Shown in pieces: positions 63,401 through 64,000 of a stretch of 64,000 bases of DNA. The notes beneath the pieces are model-generated. The model saw only the letters and a list, made by a program, of their open reading frames with translations, searched no databases and had not been told where the DNA came from. This stretch comes from Thelocarpon superellum. Its lineage: Eukaryota. Each line of letters starts with the position of its first letter. Position 1 is the stretch's first letter. The stretch spans positions 1-64,000 of the forward strand of contig JAPEUG010000011.1 of the NCBI GenBank assembly GCA_026025795.1, in the 5' to 3' direction. The position numbers were made by a program, and so were the translations under genes.

Positions 63401-64000
63401 TGCCGTCGGATGTGATTGGTTTACCACGTCGACCCATTGCGGCTCTTCCTGGGATGAGAAGTGCCGCAAAAGGGTTCTAGCATGGTCTATCTTTGCTTGG
63501 GCCTACGACAAAAGAGTTTTGCACTTGTAGTGAATCAAGTCTATTCTGTGAATAGGAGTAGCTGCCTGAACGTACAGAGCATGTGCAAGGTAACAAACAT
63601 CAACATCACCCTCCTGGACACTTCTATGGAGGTCGAGGTAACCATTGCGGAAACGCAGGGAGAAACAAATACTGTGCTTTGTACAAAGTAGTCGCCCGGT
63701 GCTTGCGAGACAAAGAAAGCCGATCCGTGGACCATGGCAGCTACTAAATGCTTGTGAGCTTTTACCGGGAAACCCCTGAACTAAGAGGCATCGCTGAGGA
63801 GAACGACGGGCCTCCGCTAGGTGCCACGACGCAGCAAATGACACGGAGTCACTTCATCTTGCCAGCGCGTACTTTTGGCCTGGTGCAAGGTTGGTTTATG
63901 CGAATAAGAGGTGGTGGCGTTGGTGGCGCTGGCTCTCATCTCATCGCCGTCAAGGCATTGATCGCCAGTCAACGAAAACCGATCCCTCTGTCCGCAGATT

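Noticed and set aside
60500..64000. Short ORFs at the right end of the window
   Set aside because: No motifs or convincing gene structure; probably the WSC gene leader/promoter and intergenic DNA.

Overview
A GC-rich, intron-containing nuclear segment from a filamentous ascomycete (Pezizomycotina-type genes; short GT-AG introns with CTRAC/CTRAY branch points). The supplied ORF track breaks genes at introns and is mostly antisense or shadow ORFs, so I rebuilt the exon structures by hand. About 20 genes are supported. Most are housekeeping: ERG1, a CutA/Cid1-family terminal nucleotidyltransferase, PSY2, an SLC35F transporter, an MFS transporter, HEM15 head-to-head with KU70, TAH18, a two-RRM protein, GCS1, MEF2, VPS17 and a WSC4-like protein, plus several hypothetical proteins. 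I saw no tRNA, rRNA, transposon or CRISPR, and I cannot support a complete new multi-gene system. The strongest leads are: (1) a secreted 799-aa protein, probably a six-hairpin glycoside hydrolase, whose whole catalytic region is one exon behind a separate signal-peptide exon (possible bacterial origin, family not assignable); (2) a GH45 subfamily-C (PcCel45A-like) gene that seems to lack the catalytic Asn; (3) a WSC gene with nested in-frame splice options that would change the length of its Ser/Thr stalk; (4) an Arg-type nucleotide recognition motif pointing to a C/U-tailing CutA; (5) a perfect 16-bp hairpin upstream of ERG1. All homology calls come from recognising motifs by eye, not from database searches.
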